64,000 bases of DNA from Dehalococcoidia bacterium (GCA_963555985.3 OY820591.1:224001-288000), one strand, 5' to 3'; positions 11,201 to 21,479 are shown, counted from the stretch's first letter. Program-made: numbers and translations. The notes: a model not told the origin generated them from the letters alone.

Positions 11201-11625
11201 GCTGGGAGGGTCTGCTCTTCCTCACCTTCATCGCGATTGTGCTGCTGAGCGCGCTTGGCTTCCTCGTCGCCTCAGTCCTGGTTGCCCAGCAGCAGCAGGG
11301 AGAGTTTGCCGTTTTGCGGACGATGGGCTTCTCGCTGCCGCAGGTGCTGCTCGTGGTCGGGGCCGAGAAACTGCTGATCATCTTCGTCTCGATGGCCTTG
11401 GGAACGCTGGTCGGCCTGCAACTGGGCACGATGATGCTGGAGTTCGTCGGTTTCGTCGAAACTGGCGAGACGGTGCTGCCGCCCTTCGTCACCGTGACGG
11501 ACTGGGCCACGATCGGCAGCGCCTACGGAGTGTTGGGGCTGGTCTTCCTGGGGGCGATTGCGATCATCGTCGCGCTCTACATGCGCATGACCATCGGCCA
11601 AGTCCTCCGCATCGGCGCAGAGTAA
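8233..11625 (+). CDS. FtsX/MacB-like ABC transporter permease (paralog of 4650..8069)
   Basis: 'RQSAEVALLKSRGAG' and 'EFAVLRTMGFS' motifs; same architecture; divergent orientation. Confidence 0.9.
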   Translation: MGGIFSSLPTAFRIAVRRLNGNRRLMAAVAIGVILAVALMASTTIYRNALQDLGLQTDLRRSSDAELDVRILNAAHGLSGDLANDSFETIDRRLRIPRQYLGEINHSLTTATFFMTQVGEIPPEQDPRDRARVLWFENVRDHIEVVAGRFPDPASPATPDTQPTVEVAIGEKAAAAGGFELGQTRAVHASWRDDTEPILITVVGIVRPIDYTERYWGVRRDHFLVPTEKTDAFAFFAPRETLIGAMAGFMPELRARLEVSAQVERRQFVADEAGLAALRFRAAFEAVTKEIERTRIETEIVNVLENYETKEFFSSIPLLVLTLQIVGIVLFYLVLVSTMVVERQSAEVALLKSRGAGLGHIMSISTLEGLLLVALALGVGPILAREAIGWLGYSPAFEGLTGGARLTVELTGETYIWAGIGAALSFIALLWPAWRSNRATVVHYARATSRPEDKPVFQRYYLDLVVVGVGALLFFQLQDSGSLVTEDLFGGLQQDPLLLIAPAVFVVTVAVLFLRLFPLMLSGFAWIARLLGGASLQMVLWHLTRAPVQPGRLALLLIMATSLGMFGGTFGATLDKSFDDRASYQAGTALRLADLRSGGASAQMLEADLAEAPGVAHASYVVRANASYSRGALDVTDATLLGVEPESFAEVLWYRDDFSVQDARELLQRVTTDVVEPPRIEIPADAKYVGLWLWLPESSGSLSPSLRLRDANGRYRDVSLRGLPRGRFGGGQFEEGWRFIAGDLHAGSGQPHLGPWSLQAVSIRAGGFSSFSGRLIYDAIQYSTQDQLPEDWLERGFDDGVIIESFEDEGRWTVFTDIAREPLPDDARLSGDNVWHGESAMRYTWTRQIRAGVPRGVRLVGPEAAVPVIVSNQFLTEAGLDQGQIVLMGMSNVFVPVKIVGAFDLFPTWDPSGNRSLIIADRDYLFYRVNRNPTTAGAIAPTEIWIEPTDEEGLAQLRRWLELSPPWLHTPYDVDAIRNLQDEDPLVAAGWEGLLFLTFIAIVLLSALGFLVASVLVAQQQQGEFAVLRTMGFSLPQVLLVVGAEKLLIIFVSMALGTLVGLQLGTMMLEFVGFVETGETVLPPFVTVTDWATIGSAYGVLGLVFLGAIAIIVALYMRMTIGQVLRIGAE

Positions 11626-11630
11626 CCAGC

Positions 11631-11677
11631 ATCCCCCGCACTGCGGGGGGATGTCACGTGGTGGCAGATGGAGGGTC
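11631..11677 (+). repeat. Degenerate REP family 1 copy between convergent genes
   Basis: ATCCCCCGCACTGCGGGGGGATGTCACGTGGTGGCAGATGGAGGG. Confidence 0.7.
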
Positions 11678-11757
11678 CGCTTTGTGGCCCCGATCGCGCC
11701 CCCGTCAACAGCAATCCCTGGAAACGTGAACAAAACCCGAACCGATCAATAGACTCC

Positions 11758-13179
11758 TCAGTCGCCGCCACCGCCGCCACCCACGCGCTCTTCGAGCCCA
11801 CTGTGTTGCGGTTCCCAGCGAGCGGCGATGTTGTTCACGACAACCGTAGCCGCAGTGCTCACTGCCGCCGCCGCTCGCGCGACGATGCTCTCCTCGACCA
11901 ACTCACCGTGCATAAAGGTTGAACGCAGGCGCGGCATCCCCACCGCCCACAAGACCAGGGCGGCGAAGAAGATGATGCCCGGGATAGTCAGCAGATAGCG
12001 GACATTGACGACATCCGAAGCCAGTCCGTTGGCGAGGATCATCAGGGCCATGATCCCGCCCGCGAACATCGCGTAGAGGCTCATCACCCGCCCGCGAATC
12101 GCGTCGGGCACGACGGCCTGGATCATCACGCTCGACAGAGCCATAAACATCGCCTGGGTCGCGCCGACCAGCGCCGCGCCGAGGATCGCAATCGGCAGGC
12201 TGCCCGCCAGTCCCAGGATCGGCATCAGTATGCCGCTGGACAAGCCACAGAAGAGCATCAGCCGACCCCGAATTGGCCCGCCCGGGACCATCGAGAGCGC
12301 CACGGTGGCGACCAACGCGCCGCCGCCCACGCCCATCACCAGGTAGCCGTATTCGTTCGCGCCGCCGTTGAGCACGTTCTTCGCAAACACGACCAGCAGC
12401 GCGTCGAACGACATCACCAACATGCAGTGCAGTGCCGTCAGCGCGATCAACATCCGCACACCGGGTGCCTCGCCCAGGTAACGCAGCCCTTCGCGGACGT
12501 GCGTCGCTGCGTCGCGAAGGATGCCTGAGGTCGTGCCGGCAGAGATCCCGCCCGTCGAGCGAACCTTGATCCGGGTCATCTGCCAGACAGAGAGCGCGAG
12601 TAGGATTGACGCGCCGAGGAAGACCCAGCCGGGCCCGAACTCGGCCAGCACCGGACCGGCGACCGGCCCGATCACGCGCGAGCCGAACTGCATCATCGAG
12701 GCCAGCGTGATCGCTGAGAGCAGCGCCGCCATCTTGACCGTGTTCGGCAGCAAGGCCGCTTGCGCGGGCATCTCGGCTGAGCGAATGATCCCCGAAAGCG
12801 CCGTAATCAGAATCAGGTTCCAGAGCGCGATCTCCCCGCTGAAGGCGAGCAACGCGAGCGCCAGCGCTAATATGCCTGCCCCGATCCGGCTGAGCATCAC
12901 CACCCGCGCGCGGTCGAAGCGGTCGGCCAGCGCACCGCCAATCGGAGCGAGCATCCACGGCCCAATCGCAGCGAAATAGACCACGCCGACGGCCCAACCG
13001 CTATCGGTCAGGTCACCCGCGAGCCAGCCGCGAGCCGTGATCATCGCCCACAGAGAAATCGCCGACAGCCCCGCCGCGTAGAAGAGCTTGCGGTACTCGA
13101 GCGACTCCATCGCCGGGAACATCCGCAGCAGACGGCCCTGAGGCTGCGTCTGCGTCTCTGTGGTCCCCAGTTGCGACAT
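11758..13179 (-). CDS. MFS transporter (DHA3/MFS_3-like)
   Basis: [12 protein letters not shown] motif A, about 12 TM segments, '[13 protein letters not shown]'. Confidence 0.9.
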   Translation of the reverse strand: MSQLGTTETQTQPQGRLLRMFPAMESLEYRKLFYAAGLSAISLWAMITARGWLAGDLTDSGWAVGVVYFAAIGPWMLAPIGGALADRFDRARVVMLSRIGAGILALALALLAFSGEIALWNLILITALSGIIRSAEMPAQAALLPNTVKMAALLSAITLASMMQFGSRVIGPVAGPVLAEFGPGWVFLGASILLALSVWQMTRIKVRSTGGISAGTTSGILRDAATHVREGLRYLGEAPGVRMLIALTALHCMLVMSFDALLVVFAKNVLNGGANEYGYLVMGVGGGALVATVALSMVPGGPIRGRLMLFCGLSSGILMPILGLAGSLPIAILGAALVGATQAMFMALSSVMIQAVVPDAIRGRVMSLYAMFAGGIMALMILANGLASDVVNVRYLLTIPGIIFFAALVLWAVGMPRLRSTFMHGELVEESIVARAAAAVSTAATVVVNNIAARWEPQHSGLEERVGGGGGGD

Positions 13180-13242
13180 CGATAGACTCCGCTCTCCGAC
13201 TGACCTCGCGGCGGCAGCTCGCCGTCCGCTCGGCGCTGAGGC

Positions 13243-14679
13243 CTATCCGCCCCCGCCCCCGCCTCCACCGCCGCTGCCCAGACGCTCCTCGACCACGCTC
13301 CGCTGCGGGGCCGGACGCGCCGCCAGAATCAACGGCCGCAGCGCAGCGCCGGCCGTCGCCGCCGCTTGTCGCGCCGCTTCCTGCGCCATGCGGCGGCCCT
13401 CTTCGATGAGTTCGCCGTTGCGAATCACTGATCGGATGCCCGGAAGGACCAGCGTCACGATCATGATTCCAGCGAAGATCAACCCGGGACCGATCAGCAA
13501 GGGGCGAATACTGATGTAGTCCGCTGCCAGTCCGTTCGCCAGGATCATGACCGCCATGATTCCGCCGGCGAACATCGCATACAGCGACATCACTCGGCCG
13601 CGTACGGAGTCTGGGACCACCGCCTGGATCATGGCGCTGGTCAGGACCATGAACATCGCCTGACTCGCACCCGCGATCACGCTGCCGATCAGCGCGATCA
13701 GCAGCGAATCGGCAAATCCCACCCAGACTAGCGACAGCCCCGAGAAGATCCCCGCGACCATGAATACTCGCCCGCGGATCGCGCCGATCGGCAGCATCGA
13801 CAGCCCCACCGACGAAACCAGCGCGCCACCGCCGAGCGCCATCAGCAGGTACCCGTATTCCGACTGCCCGCCGCCCAGAATCAGGTCCGCGTAGGCCGGC
13901 AACAGCGAGAAATCGAAGGCCATCGTGAACATGCAGTGCAACGAGACCATGATGATCATCAGCCGCACCGACGGAGCTCGACCGAGATAGCGCAATCCGT
14001 CGCGAATGTGTCCGGCGGTGTCGCGAAACACTCCACTGGCGTGGCCCTGGATGCCGCCGGTCGATCGAGTCGTCATTCGGGTCATTTGCAGGACCGACAG
14101 CAACAGGAAGAACGCTGCCCCGACGAACACCCACTCGGGGCCGAATGCTTGCAGGATTGGACCCGCAACCGGACCAACCACTTTGGACCCGAATTGCATC
14201 ATCGAGGCCATCGTGACCGCGCTCAGCAAGGCGTGCAGCTTGACCGTGTTCGGCAACAGCGCCTGCAGTGCCGGCATCTCACCCGAACGAATCACGCCCG
14301 AGATCAGCGTGATGATGACTAGATTCCAGATCGTGATCTGACCGCTGAATGCCAGGAAGGCAAGTCCGAGCGCGCAGGCTGCCGCTCCGCAGCGGCAGAT
14401 GATTACGATCCTGGCTCGATCGAAGCGGTCCGCCAGCGCACCCGCAAACGGCGCCAGCACCCATGGAAAAATCGCCGCAAACGTGACGATCCCGGTGCCG
14501 GATGGATTGCCGGTCAGCTCATAGCCCAGCCAGCCGCTGGCGACGATCATCGCCCACAGCGAAACGGAGGACAGCCCCGCCGCGTAGAACATGCGGCGAT
14601 ATTCGAGGTACTGCATCGCCGGGAAGATGCGCAGCAGTAGCCCCTGCGGTCTGACCTCTGCCTCGGCTTGCTGATTCAT
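13243..14679 (-). CDS. MFS transporter, tandem paralog of the adjacent MFS
   Basis: [12 protein letters not shown] and '[13 protein letters not shown]'. Start at ATG 14679 (MNQQAEAEV) by alignment with the paralog; the longer ORF overlaps ilvD. Confidence 0.9.
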   Translation of the reverse strand: MNQQAEAEVRPQGLLLRIFPAMQYLEYRRMFYAAGLSSVSLWAMIVASGWLGYELTGNPSGTGIVTFAAIFPWVLAPFAGALADRFDRARIVIICRCGAAACALGLAFLAFSGQITIWNLVIITLISGVIRSGEMPALQALLPNTVKLHALLSAVTMASMMQFGSKVVGPVAGPILQAFGPEWVFVGAAFFLLLSVLQMTRMTTRSTGGIQGHASGVFRDTAGHIRDGLRYLGRAPSVRLMIIMVSLHCMFTMAFDFSLLPAYADLILGGGQSEYGYLLMALGGGALVSSVGLSMLPIGAIRGRVFMVAGIFSGLSLVWVGFADSLLIALIGSVIAGASQAMFMVLTSAMIQAVVPDSVRGRVMSLYAMFAGGIMAVMILANGLAADYISIRPLLIGPGLIFAGIMIVTLVLPGIRSVIRNGELIEEGRRMAQEAARQAAATAGAALRPLILAARPAPQRSVVEERLGSGGGGGGGGG

Positions 14680-14793
14680 TGGCCGTGCCTCGCTCAGTCC
14701 ACCGCATGGTACGGCTTGACGAACCTTCCTGACCAGTCCCTGCCGGTACGCTATCGGCGACACCACGGAATCCCATCCAGAGCAGGCAGTTCC

Positions 14794-16476
14794 ATGACCT
14801 CCACTGACCACCTCCGCGAACGCTCCAGCGTCCTCGTCGACGGCCCCAACCGCGCCGCCGCGCGCTCCCAGCTCTACTCCGTCGGCTACGACGATGAGGC
14901 GCTCTCCAAGCCGCTGGTGATGGTCGCCCACTCCTGGATCGGCACCATGCCCTGCAACTTCTCGCACCGCGAGCTGGCCCAGGACGTGATGCGCGGCATC
15001 CGCGAGGCCGGCGGCACCCCGATGGAGGTCAACACCGTCTCGATCTCCGACGGGATCACGATGGGCACCGAGGGCATGAAGGCCTCCCTGATTTCGCGCG
15101 AAATCATCACCGACTCAATCGAACTCTGCGCCGTCGGCTACGCCTTCGACGCCGCCGTGATCATCTGCGGCTGCGACAAGACCATCCCCGCCGCGGCGAT
15201 GGCCCTGGCCCGGATTAACATCCCCGGAGTGGCGCTCTACAGCGGCTCGATCGCGCCCGGACGCCACCACGACGGACGTGATCTCACGATCCAGGATGTC
15301 TTCGAGGCGGTCGGCCAGCACTCCGCCGGCACAATTGACGATGAAGAACTGCACCAGGTCGCGCTCAACGCCTGCCCGGGCGCGGGCGCCTGCGGCGCGC
15401 AGTACACCGCCAACACGATGGCGACTACGCTTGAATTCCTCGGCCTCTCGCCGATGGGCAGCGCGACCGTCGGCGCGACCGACCCGCGCAAGGCCAACGT
15501 CGGCGAAGCTGCGGGCCAGCTCGTGATGGACGCGCTCAAGCGCGGCGCGCGACCCCGCGATCTGCTGACCAAGGAAGCGCTCGAAAACGGCATCGTCTGC
15601 GCCGCCTCGACCGGTGGCAGCACCAACGTTGTCCTCCACCTGCTCGCGCTGGCGCGCGAGGCCGGAGTCGACCTGGACATCAACGACTTCGATCGAGTCT
15701 CCGAGCAGACCCCGTTGATCGGTGACCTGCGTCCCGGCGGCCGCTATGTCGCGTTGGATATGGATCGCGCCGGCGGCACGCCGCTCCTGGCCAAGACCCT
15801 GCTCGATGCCGGCAAGCTGCACGGCGACGCCATGACCATCACCGGCCAAACCATCGCCGAAGCCTGCGCCGACGCCGAGGAAACTCCCGGTCAGGACGTG
15901 ATCCTGCCGGTCGCCCAGGCGCTCAAGGAGACCGGAGGCCTGGTCATCCTCAAGGGCTCGCTCGCGCCCGAGGGCTGCGTCGTCAAGGTGGCCGGCTACG
16001 AGCGCCAGCTCCAGAGCGGTCCGGCCCGAGTCTTCGAGCGCGAGGAAGACGCAATGGCCGCCGTCACCAACAACGAGATCAACGCCGGCGATATCGTCGT
16101 CATCCGCTACGAAGGCCCCAAAGGCGGCCCCGGCATGAGAGAAATGCTCGGAGTCACGGCTGCCATCGTCGGAGCCGGCCTGGGCGAAAGCGTCGCTCTC
16201 CTCACCGACGGCCGCTTCAGCGGAGCCACCCGAGGCCTGATGGCCGGCCACGTCGCCCCCGAAGCCTTCGTCGGAGGCCCCATCGCCCTGGTCGAAGAAG
16301 GAGACCAAATCACCCTCGACATCGCCAATCGGGAGCTGAATCTGGATGTTGACGAGGCTGAGCTGGAACGCCGGCGGGCGGCCTGGAGTGCGCCGAGTCC
16401 GAACTACGAGAGCGGCGTGTTTGCGAAGTACGCTCGACTGGTCAGCGGTGCCGAACGCGGCGCGGTGACGAGTTAG
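14794..16476 (+). CDS. ilvD: Dihydroxy-acid dehydratase
   Basis: [46 protein letters not shown] and TDGRFSG motifs. Confidence 0.97.
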   Translation: MTSTDHLRERSSVLVDGPNRAAARSQLYSVGYDDEALSKPLVMVAHSWIGTMPCNFSHRELAQDVMRGIREAGGTPMEVNTVSISDGITMGTEGMKASLISREIITDSIELCAVGYAFDAAVIICGCDKTIPAAAMALARINIPGVALYSGSIAPGRHHDGRDLTIQDVFEAVGQHSAGTIDDEELHQVALNACPGAGACGAQYTANTMATTLEFLGLSPMGSATVGATDPRKANVGEAAGQLVMDALKRGARPRDLLTKEALENGIVCAASTGGSTNVVLHLLALAREAGVDLDINDFDRVSEQTPLIGDLRPGGRYVALDMDRAGGTPLLAKTLLDAGKLHGDAMTITGQTIAEACADAEETPGQDVILPVAQALKETGGLVILKGSLAPEGCVVKVAGYERQLQSGPARVFEREEDAMAAVTNNEINAGDIVVIRYEGPKGGPGMREMLGVTAAIVGAGLGESVALLTDGRFSGATRGLMAGHVAPEAFVGGPIALVEEGDQITLDIANRELNLDVDEAELERRRAAWSAPSPNYESGVFAKYARLVSGAERGAVTS

Positions 16477-16489
16477 AAGTCCGATTGGC

Positions 16490-17359
16490 TCAACCGAGCC
16501 GACTAAGCAAGCGACTCAGTCGAGCAAGTGGTCGCCTGTCTAGCTGACGCTGAAGGTGAGCATTCTTACGTCTTAGGGAGTCTGTCCGCTCGCGCTCGCG
16601 TCTCAGTCCATGCCGAATCTCGTCGAGTTGGCGCTCCAGCGCATCTCGCTGGCGTTCACCTTCTTGGCGCTCTTGGAGGAGTCTGGTTTCCGCGTCTCTA
16701 AGTTGGCGCTGCAGTTTGTTGGCTTCGTCGCTCCGGTGCTGCAGTTTGAGGTGGCTATCCTCAATTTGTCGCTGTAGGTCCACATTCTTTTCCATCAGGC
16801 TTTGTAGGTCTTGCCTTTCAATCTCTGCAAAGAAATCGTCTCCATCTTGTTCTTTTCGATGAAACCACGGGCGAACGTCCCCGTCTCTAGGAGAGTCCTT
16901 CCAAACCCCACGCCGCTGAGTACGAGCAGTCAGTTCCGCTTCGCCAATGCCATATTCGTTGCGCCGATCATATCTCGGATCCCAATATGCCATTCCATTC
17001 AACGCCATGTGCCGATTGACTGAGTCATCGGCCGAGGAGTCGGAGGGATACACCAACCCTACCGTACGTCTGTAGTGGTCTTTGTCTTTGACAAGAAGGG
17101 TCCACTGGCTGTGCCCGTACATCAGTTTTGCGAGCAGGCCCGCAGCTTTATTCCCAAGAGGTTGAGCGTGTTCTGGTGCATCTATGCCGTATAGACGCAC
17201 TCTGGCAAGCTCACGCTTGCCCTCGATGTTTATCTCTAGTTCAAAGCTATCGCCGTCCTTGATTTCGAGCAATCGTGCCCCGTACGTCTTTCCTTTGATG
17301 AGCACGTGCCCCGCCCTCCTTTCCTGAGTCAATCGCAGCGGCTGATCAGAGACGGACAT
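16490..17359 (-). CDS. Thermonuclease (SNase) domain protein with C-terminal coiled coil
   Basis: DGDS...RVRLYGIDAPE...DKDHYRR...NGMAY...RGVW; heptad-rich C-terminus; visibly lower GC than flanks. Confidence 0.85.
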   Translation of the reverse strand: MSVSDQPLRLTQERRAGHVLIKGKTYGARLLEIKDGDSFELEINIEGKRELARVRLYGIDAPEHAQPLGNKAAGLLAKLMYGHSQWTLLVKDKDHYRRTVGLVYPSDSSADDSVNRHMALNGMAYWDPRYDRRNEYGIGEAELTARTQRRGVWKDSPRDGDVRPWFHRKEQDGDDFFAEIERQDLQSLMEKNVDLQRQIEDSHLKLQHRSDEANKLQRQLRDAETRLLQERQEGERQRDALERQLDEIRHGLRRERERTDSLRRKNAHLQRQLDRRPLARLSRLLSRLG

Positions 17360-17392
17360 GCCATGCAAGATACACCCGAGGCTATGCGCGGA

Positions 17393-17983
17393 TCACCATC
17401 GCCGCCTCCGACGACGACTCCTCCTCCGACCACCACCCTGAGCCGACGCCTTCAGCATCAGCTTCATGAGCTCCACGAACAGTTTGAACACCCCGCCGAT
17501 GATGATCACCCACGGCGACTCCGCCGCCTCCCGCTTTCGCTTCCGATCCTCACGCTGGTACCTCCGGTGATCCCAGGGACGCACGGGATCCCGCTCACTC
17601 CAGACCCCCGCGCTCGCTCGCTTCGCAACCCGCTCCGAGCTGTCAAAGCCCAACTCTCTCCCGCCGTACTCGCGGTACCAGTAGGCCCAGCCCGCCTCGA
17701 CCATGAGATGGTTCGCCGATTGCCGAACCGATTCGCCCTCTGCGTACAACACTCCCACCAGCCGCTGATAACGGTCGACATCGACCACGCGCAAGCGCCA
17801 TTCACGGCGGCTGCGCACGACTCGATCCAGGTACTCATGTGACTCCCGGCCACCCCGCTGATCCTTCTCTGGCGCGTCGATCCCGTACATCCGCACCGAG
17901 TGCTCCCCACCGTCGGGCAGTCGCACCCTGACGGAATCCCCGTCAATCACCCGCACCACCCGAACCGGATAATCCTCGGCCAT
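17393..17983 (-). CDS. Thermonuclease (SNase) family protein with C-terminal hydrophobic segment and Arg-rich tail
   Basis: VIDGDSV...RMYGIDAPE...DRYQRLVG...EAGWA...PWDHR. Start ATG 17983. Confidence 0.88.
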   Translation of the reverse strand: MAEDYPVRVVRVIDGDSVRVRLPDGGEHSVRMYGIDAPEKDQRGGRESHEYLDRVVRSRREWRLRVVDVDRYQRLVGVLYAEGESVRQSANHLMVEAGWAYWYREYGGRELGFDSSERVAKRASAGVWSERDPVRPWDHRRYQREDRKRKREAAESPWVIIIGGVFKLFVELMKLMLKASAQGGGRRRSRRRRRRW

Positions 17984-18016
17984 GACTTGGAGGATATCGG
18001 CGTTACCCTCCAGTGC

Positions 18017-18805
18017 ATGACACGCATACAGATCTCTCCCGACCTCTCCCTCGACGCCGTGGACCGCGGCGACGGGCCTCTCTCCCTCCTCATCGCCGGC
18101 GGGTTCATGGACATGGATCAGTGGCAGCCCGTCGCGGAAGCCCTCCACGGCCGCGCCGTGCGCTATGACCAGCGCGGCGTCGGCGACTCCGATCACCCCA
18201 CCGAGGGCTACACGGTCGACCAGTTCGCCGACGACGCAATCGCCCTGATCCAGACCCTTGACGCTGGCCCTGCGCTGCTAATTGGCAACTCCTTGGGCGG
18301 CACGGTGGCGATGGCGGTAGCGCTCAAGGAGCCGTCGCTGGTACGCGGACTGGTCCTGTGCGCTACCTCCGCCGGCCCGCAGGGGCCGCCGACACCGCCG
18401 GAATCCATGCAGCGAATGATGCGCGGAGCGTCCCTGCCGGTGGAGCAGGCCGCCATGGCGATCATGGACATCCTCTTTGCGACCGACTTCATGGATGAGC
18501 ATCCGGAGCTACTGGATGCAGCGATCGAGAAGCGGCTCAAGGGCACGCCAATGATTGCCACACTGGGGCCGTTGCAGTCGGCGCTGATCTTCGATCCGCT
18601 CGAGGAACTGCGGAGTTTCGCTGCGCCGGCTCTGATCCTCCACGGAGAGGACGACGAACTCGTCCTCCCAGTCCACGCCGAGATCCTCGCCGAAGCGATC
18701 CCAAACGCAACCACACAGGTGATTGAGGACGGCGGTCATGCGCTGGTCGTAGAGCAGTCCGATGCAGTTGTAGCTGCAATCTCGGATTTCGCGTCAGGGC
18801 TGTAG
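18017..18805 (+). CDS. Alpha/beta-fold hydrolase
   Basis: YDQRGVGDS, GNSLGG nucleophile elbow, HGEDD, GHAL. Confidence 0.92.
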   Translation: MTRIQISPDLSLDAVDRGDGPLSLLIAGGFMDMDQWQPVAEALHGRAVRYDQRGVGDSDHPTEGYTVDQFADDAIALIQTLDAGPALLIGNSLGGTVAMAVALKEPSLVRGLVLCATSAGPQGPPTPPESMQRMMRGASLPVEQAAMAIMDILFATDFMDEHPELLDAAIEKRLKGTPMIATLGPLQSALIFDPLEELRSFAAPALILHGEDDELVLPVHAEILAEAIPNATTQVIEDGGHALVVEQSDAVVAAISDFASGL

Positions 18806-18852
18806 TGGTCTGGTCTTCTCTCCCGGAGAAAGCTGCGAACAATACCGAATCT

Positions 18853-18945
18853 CGTCATACCCGCGCTTGCCGCGGGTATCTCGCCGTGACCTGCACCGTC
18901 GTCGCCAGCACATCGAGATTGCCGCGGCGGAGCGCGGCAATGACG
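18853..18945. repeat. REP-like inverted doublet, family 2 (CGTCATWCCCGCG...GCGGGWATCTC ... GAGATTGCCGCG...GCAATGACG)
   Basis: Two inverted hairpin units around a short spacer. The first ~50 bp nearly repeat at 35632; relatives at 34521, 45091, 51057, 55914 and 59519. Confidence 0.85.
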
Positions 18946-18956
18946 GAACGATCGAT

Positions 18957-20342
18957 CTAGGTAACCAACTCCGGCCGCTGAAGATGCCAATCCGTCGACT
19001 GCTCATACGCATGAGCCACCCGACAAACCGTCGCCTCATCGAAGTGCCGACCGCCGATCATCAATCCAATCGGCAGACCATTCCGGTCGTACCCACAGGG
19101 AATGCTGATCGCCGGAATGCCCGTCACGTCGTAGGGGGCGGTGAGGCGAGCGAGTTCGGCGGTGTCGTCGCCGTCAACGATCGCTGGCGCGGTGCGTGAG
19201 CACGTCGGCGAGACCAGTACGTCCACCTCTCGCAGCACCTCCACCGTTTCGTCGATGAACCTGCGCCGCAGGCGCTGGTCGTTGATGTAATCGACCGCTG
19301 TGACTGAGAGTCCGGCTTCGACTCGTGGCAAAATGTCGCCGTACTCGTCGCGGCGTTCGCGCAGCCACTTGGCGTGGTAGGCGGCGGCTTCGGCGATGAT
19401 CGTCAGCCCGCGCGGACGATCCGTCTGTAGCGGCAGCTCCACCTCGGAGACAATCGCACCCATGCTGCGGAAGTGATCGACAGCCTCCTCGCAGTGCTGG
19501 ATCACGTCGTCCTCGCAGCCCGTCCAGAGCATCTGGCGGGGAATCCCGATCCGGATCCCGTCCACGCCCTCGGTGAGCGTCTCGGTGGCGTCATCTACCG
19601 GAACATCGGCGCTGCCCGGATCGATCGGGTCATAGCCGGCGATCGCGTTGAGCACGAGTCCCGCGTCCTCAACCGTCTTGGTCAGCGGCCCCACGTGATC
19701 GAGCGTCCAGGACAACGGCAGCACGCCCGTCCTCGAGACCCGCCCATAGGTGCCCATCAACCCCGTCACCCCGCAAAGTGATGCCGGAATGCGGATGCTG
19801 CCGCCGGTGTCCGACCCGAGCGCGCCCAGACTCGACCCCACCGCCACCGACGCGCCCGAGCCGCCGCTGCTGCCACCGGGCACGCGCTCCGTATCCCAGG
19901 GATTGCAGACCGCCCCGTAGTGTGGATTGCGGCTAGTGGTGCCGAAGGCGAACTCGTGCAGGTTGAGCTTGCCCGGCATCACCGCGCCGGCCGCCTTGAG
20001 CTTGGTGTAGACGGTCGCGTCGGCATCGGGAATGCGCTCGCGCAGGAAGCCGGAGCCGCCCGTGGTCGCGATCCCAGCCGTATCGACCAGGTCTTTGAGC
20101 GCGATCGGAATCCCGTGCAGCGGGCCGAGCTCGCGCCCGTCTCGAAGCGCATCGTCGGCTGCGGCCGCCTGTTCCCGGGCCTGGTCGGCGGTGACGGTGA
20201 TGTAGGCGTTGAGCAGCGGCTCGGTCTCTTCCAGCCGCGAGAGCACCGATTCAGTCAACTCAACGGCCGTCATCGAGCCGTTGCGCAGCGCAGCGCCCGC
20301 TTCGACGATCGAGAGCTCGTGCGGTTGGCGGTGTTCGAGCAT
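18957..20342 (-). CDS. Amidase signature family protein (GatA/AtzE-like)
   Basis: GIPIALKD, PGGSSGGS and GSDTGGSIRIPAS catalytic motifs. Confidence 0.95.
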   Translation of the reverse strand: MLEHRQPHELSIVEAGAALRNGSMTAVELTESVLSRLEETEPLLNAYITVTADQAREQAAAADDALRDGRELGPLHGIPIALKDLVDTAGIATTGGSGFLRERIPDADATVYTKLKAAGAVMPGKLNLHEFAFGTTSRNPHYGAVCNPWDTERVPGGSSGGSGASVAVGSSLGALGSDTGGSIRIPASLCGVTGLMGTYGRVSRTGVLPLSWTLDHVGPLTKTVEDAGLVLNAIAGYDPIDPGSADVPVDDATETLTEGVDGIRIGIPRQMLWTGCEDDVIQHCEEAVDHFRSMGAIVSEVELPLQTDRPRGLTIIAEAAAYHAKWLRERRDEYGDILPRVEAGLSVTAVDYINDQRLRRRFIDETVEVLREVDVLVSPTCSRTAPAIVDGDDTAELARLTAPYDVTGIPAISIPCGYDRNGLPIGLMIGGRHFDEATVCRVAHAYEQSTDWHLQRPELVT

Positions 20343-20359
20343 GGTTCCGCGTCCTCTCC

Positions 20360-20554
20360 CTAGCCGCGATCGAAGCGCAGGCCGAAGGCCGGCTCAGTCT
20401 CACCCAGATCGATGAGTGTGTCCGTACTCAGTTCGTTCTTGAGCACCCGCGTCACGATTGGCAAGGCGCGCTCCAACTGCGCGTCGGTTGCGGTCGCGCC
20501 GAGCGCGTCGGCCAAGCGCCGCAGAGCGGCATGGGGCGATTCAGGGGTGGTCAT
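20360..20554 (-). CDS. Small protein upstream of amidase, GatC/AtzG-like partner
   Basis: 64 aa, helical, ends LGETEPAFG; 17 bp from the amidase start; GGGAGG RBS. Confidence 0.6.
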   Translation of the reverse strand: MTTPESPHAALRRLADALGATATDAQLERALPIVTRVLKNELSTDTLIDLGETEPAFGLRFDRG

Positions 20555-20634
20555 CTCCGCCTCCCGTCAGCGGAGCGAGTATAGGTGGGGGCGGCCTCTA
20601 TGCTGCCTGAGGAACGCAGGAGAAGGAGTGTCCA

Positions 20635-21423
20635 ATGGCCGATGAAGTCCTGTTCGATGTCTCCGAGCGCGTGGCCACGATCACGCTCAACCGCCCCGAC
20701 AAGATGAACACGATCAACCGAGCCTTGGGCTCACAGCTGATCGACGCGCTGGTCGAAGTCCGCAACAACGACGAGATCCGCAGCGCGATCATCACCGGCG
20801 CCGGCGACCGCGCCTTCTGCGCCGGCGCAGACCTGACCCAGGGCGACGGCCCCGCCGCCTCCGCCGGACCAGCCGGCCATTTCGAGCCGAACCCCGGCCC
20901 CCGCTTCGACGAGTTCGACGCGAAGAAGCCGCTGATCGCTGCGATCAACGGACACGCCCTCGGCGGCGGCTTCGAGATCGCCCTCGTCTGCGACCTCCGG
21001 ATCGGCGCGGAGAACGCCCGCGCCCGCCTCGGCCTGCCCGAGATCACCCTCGGCTTCTTCCCGCTCGCCGGCGGCCCCATGCGGCTCCCCCGCGCGATCC
21101 CACAGGCCTACGCCAACGAGATGCTCTACCTGGGCCGCCGACTCTCGATGCAAGAGGCGCTCCAGTGGGGCGTGATCTCGCGCCTCGTACCGCAAGAAGA
21201 ACTGCTCCCGACCGCCCAGGAGATGGCCGCCCAACTCGCCGGCTACGCCCCAATCGCCGTCCGAGCGATGAAAGAACTGATCAACGCCCAGGGCGACATG
21301 ACCCTCGCCCAGGCCAACCGCTTCGGCGGAAGCCTGCGCTGGATCGTCGGCCAAACCGAAGACTCAAAGGAAGGCCCCCGAGCCTTCGCCGAGCGCCGCC
21401 AACCCGACTTCAAGGGCAAGTGA
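20635..21423 (+). CDS. Enoyl-CoA hydratase/isomerase
   Basis: TLNRPDKMN, AFCAGADL, GGGFE, LPE, AFAERRQPDF. Confidence 0.95.
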   Translation: MADEVLFDVSERVATITLNRPDKMNTINRALGSQLIDALVEVRNNDEIRSAIITGAGDRAFCAGADLTQGDGPAASAGPAGHFEPNPGPRFDEFDAKKPLIAAINGHALGGGFEIALVCDLRIGAENARARLGLPEITLGFFPLAGGPMRLPRAIPQAYANEMLYLGRRLSMQEALQWGVISRLVPQEELLPTAQEMAAQLAGYAPIAVRAMKELINAQGDMTLAQANRFGGSLRWIVGQTEDSKEGPRAFAERRQPDFKGK

Positions 21424-21479
21424 GTCCAGACTATGTACCGTTGCCATTGAACGATCTGACAACGATCGGGGACAGCGCC

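Noticed and set aside
18957-20554. gatCA of the tRNA amidotransferase
   Set aside because: No gatB follows, and the amidase looks like the catabolic type (HEFAFGTT), so no gene symbol was assigned.
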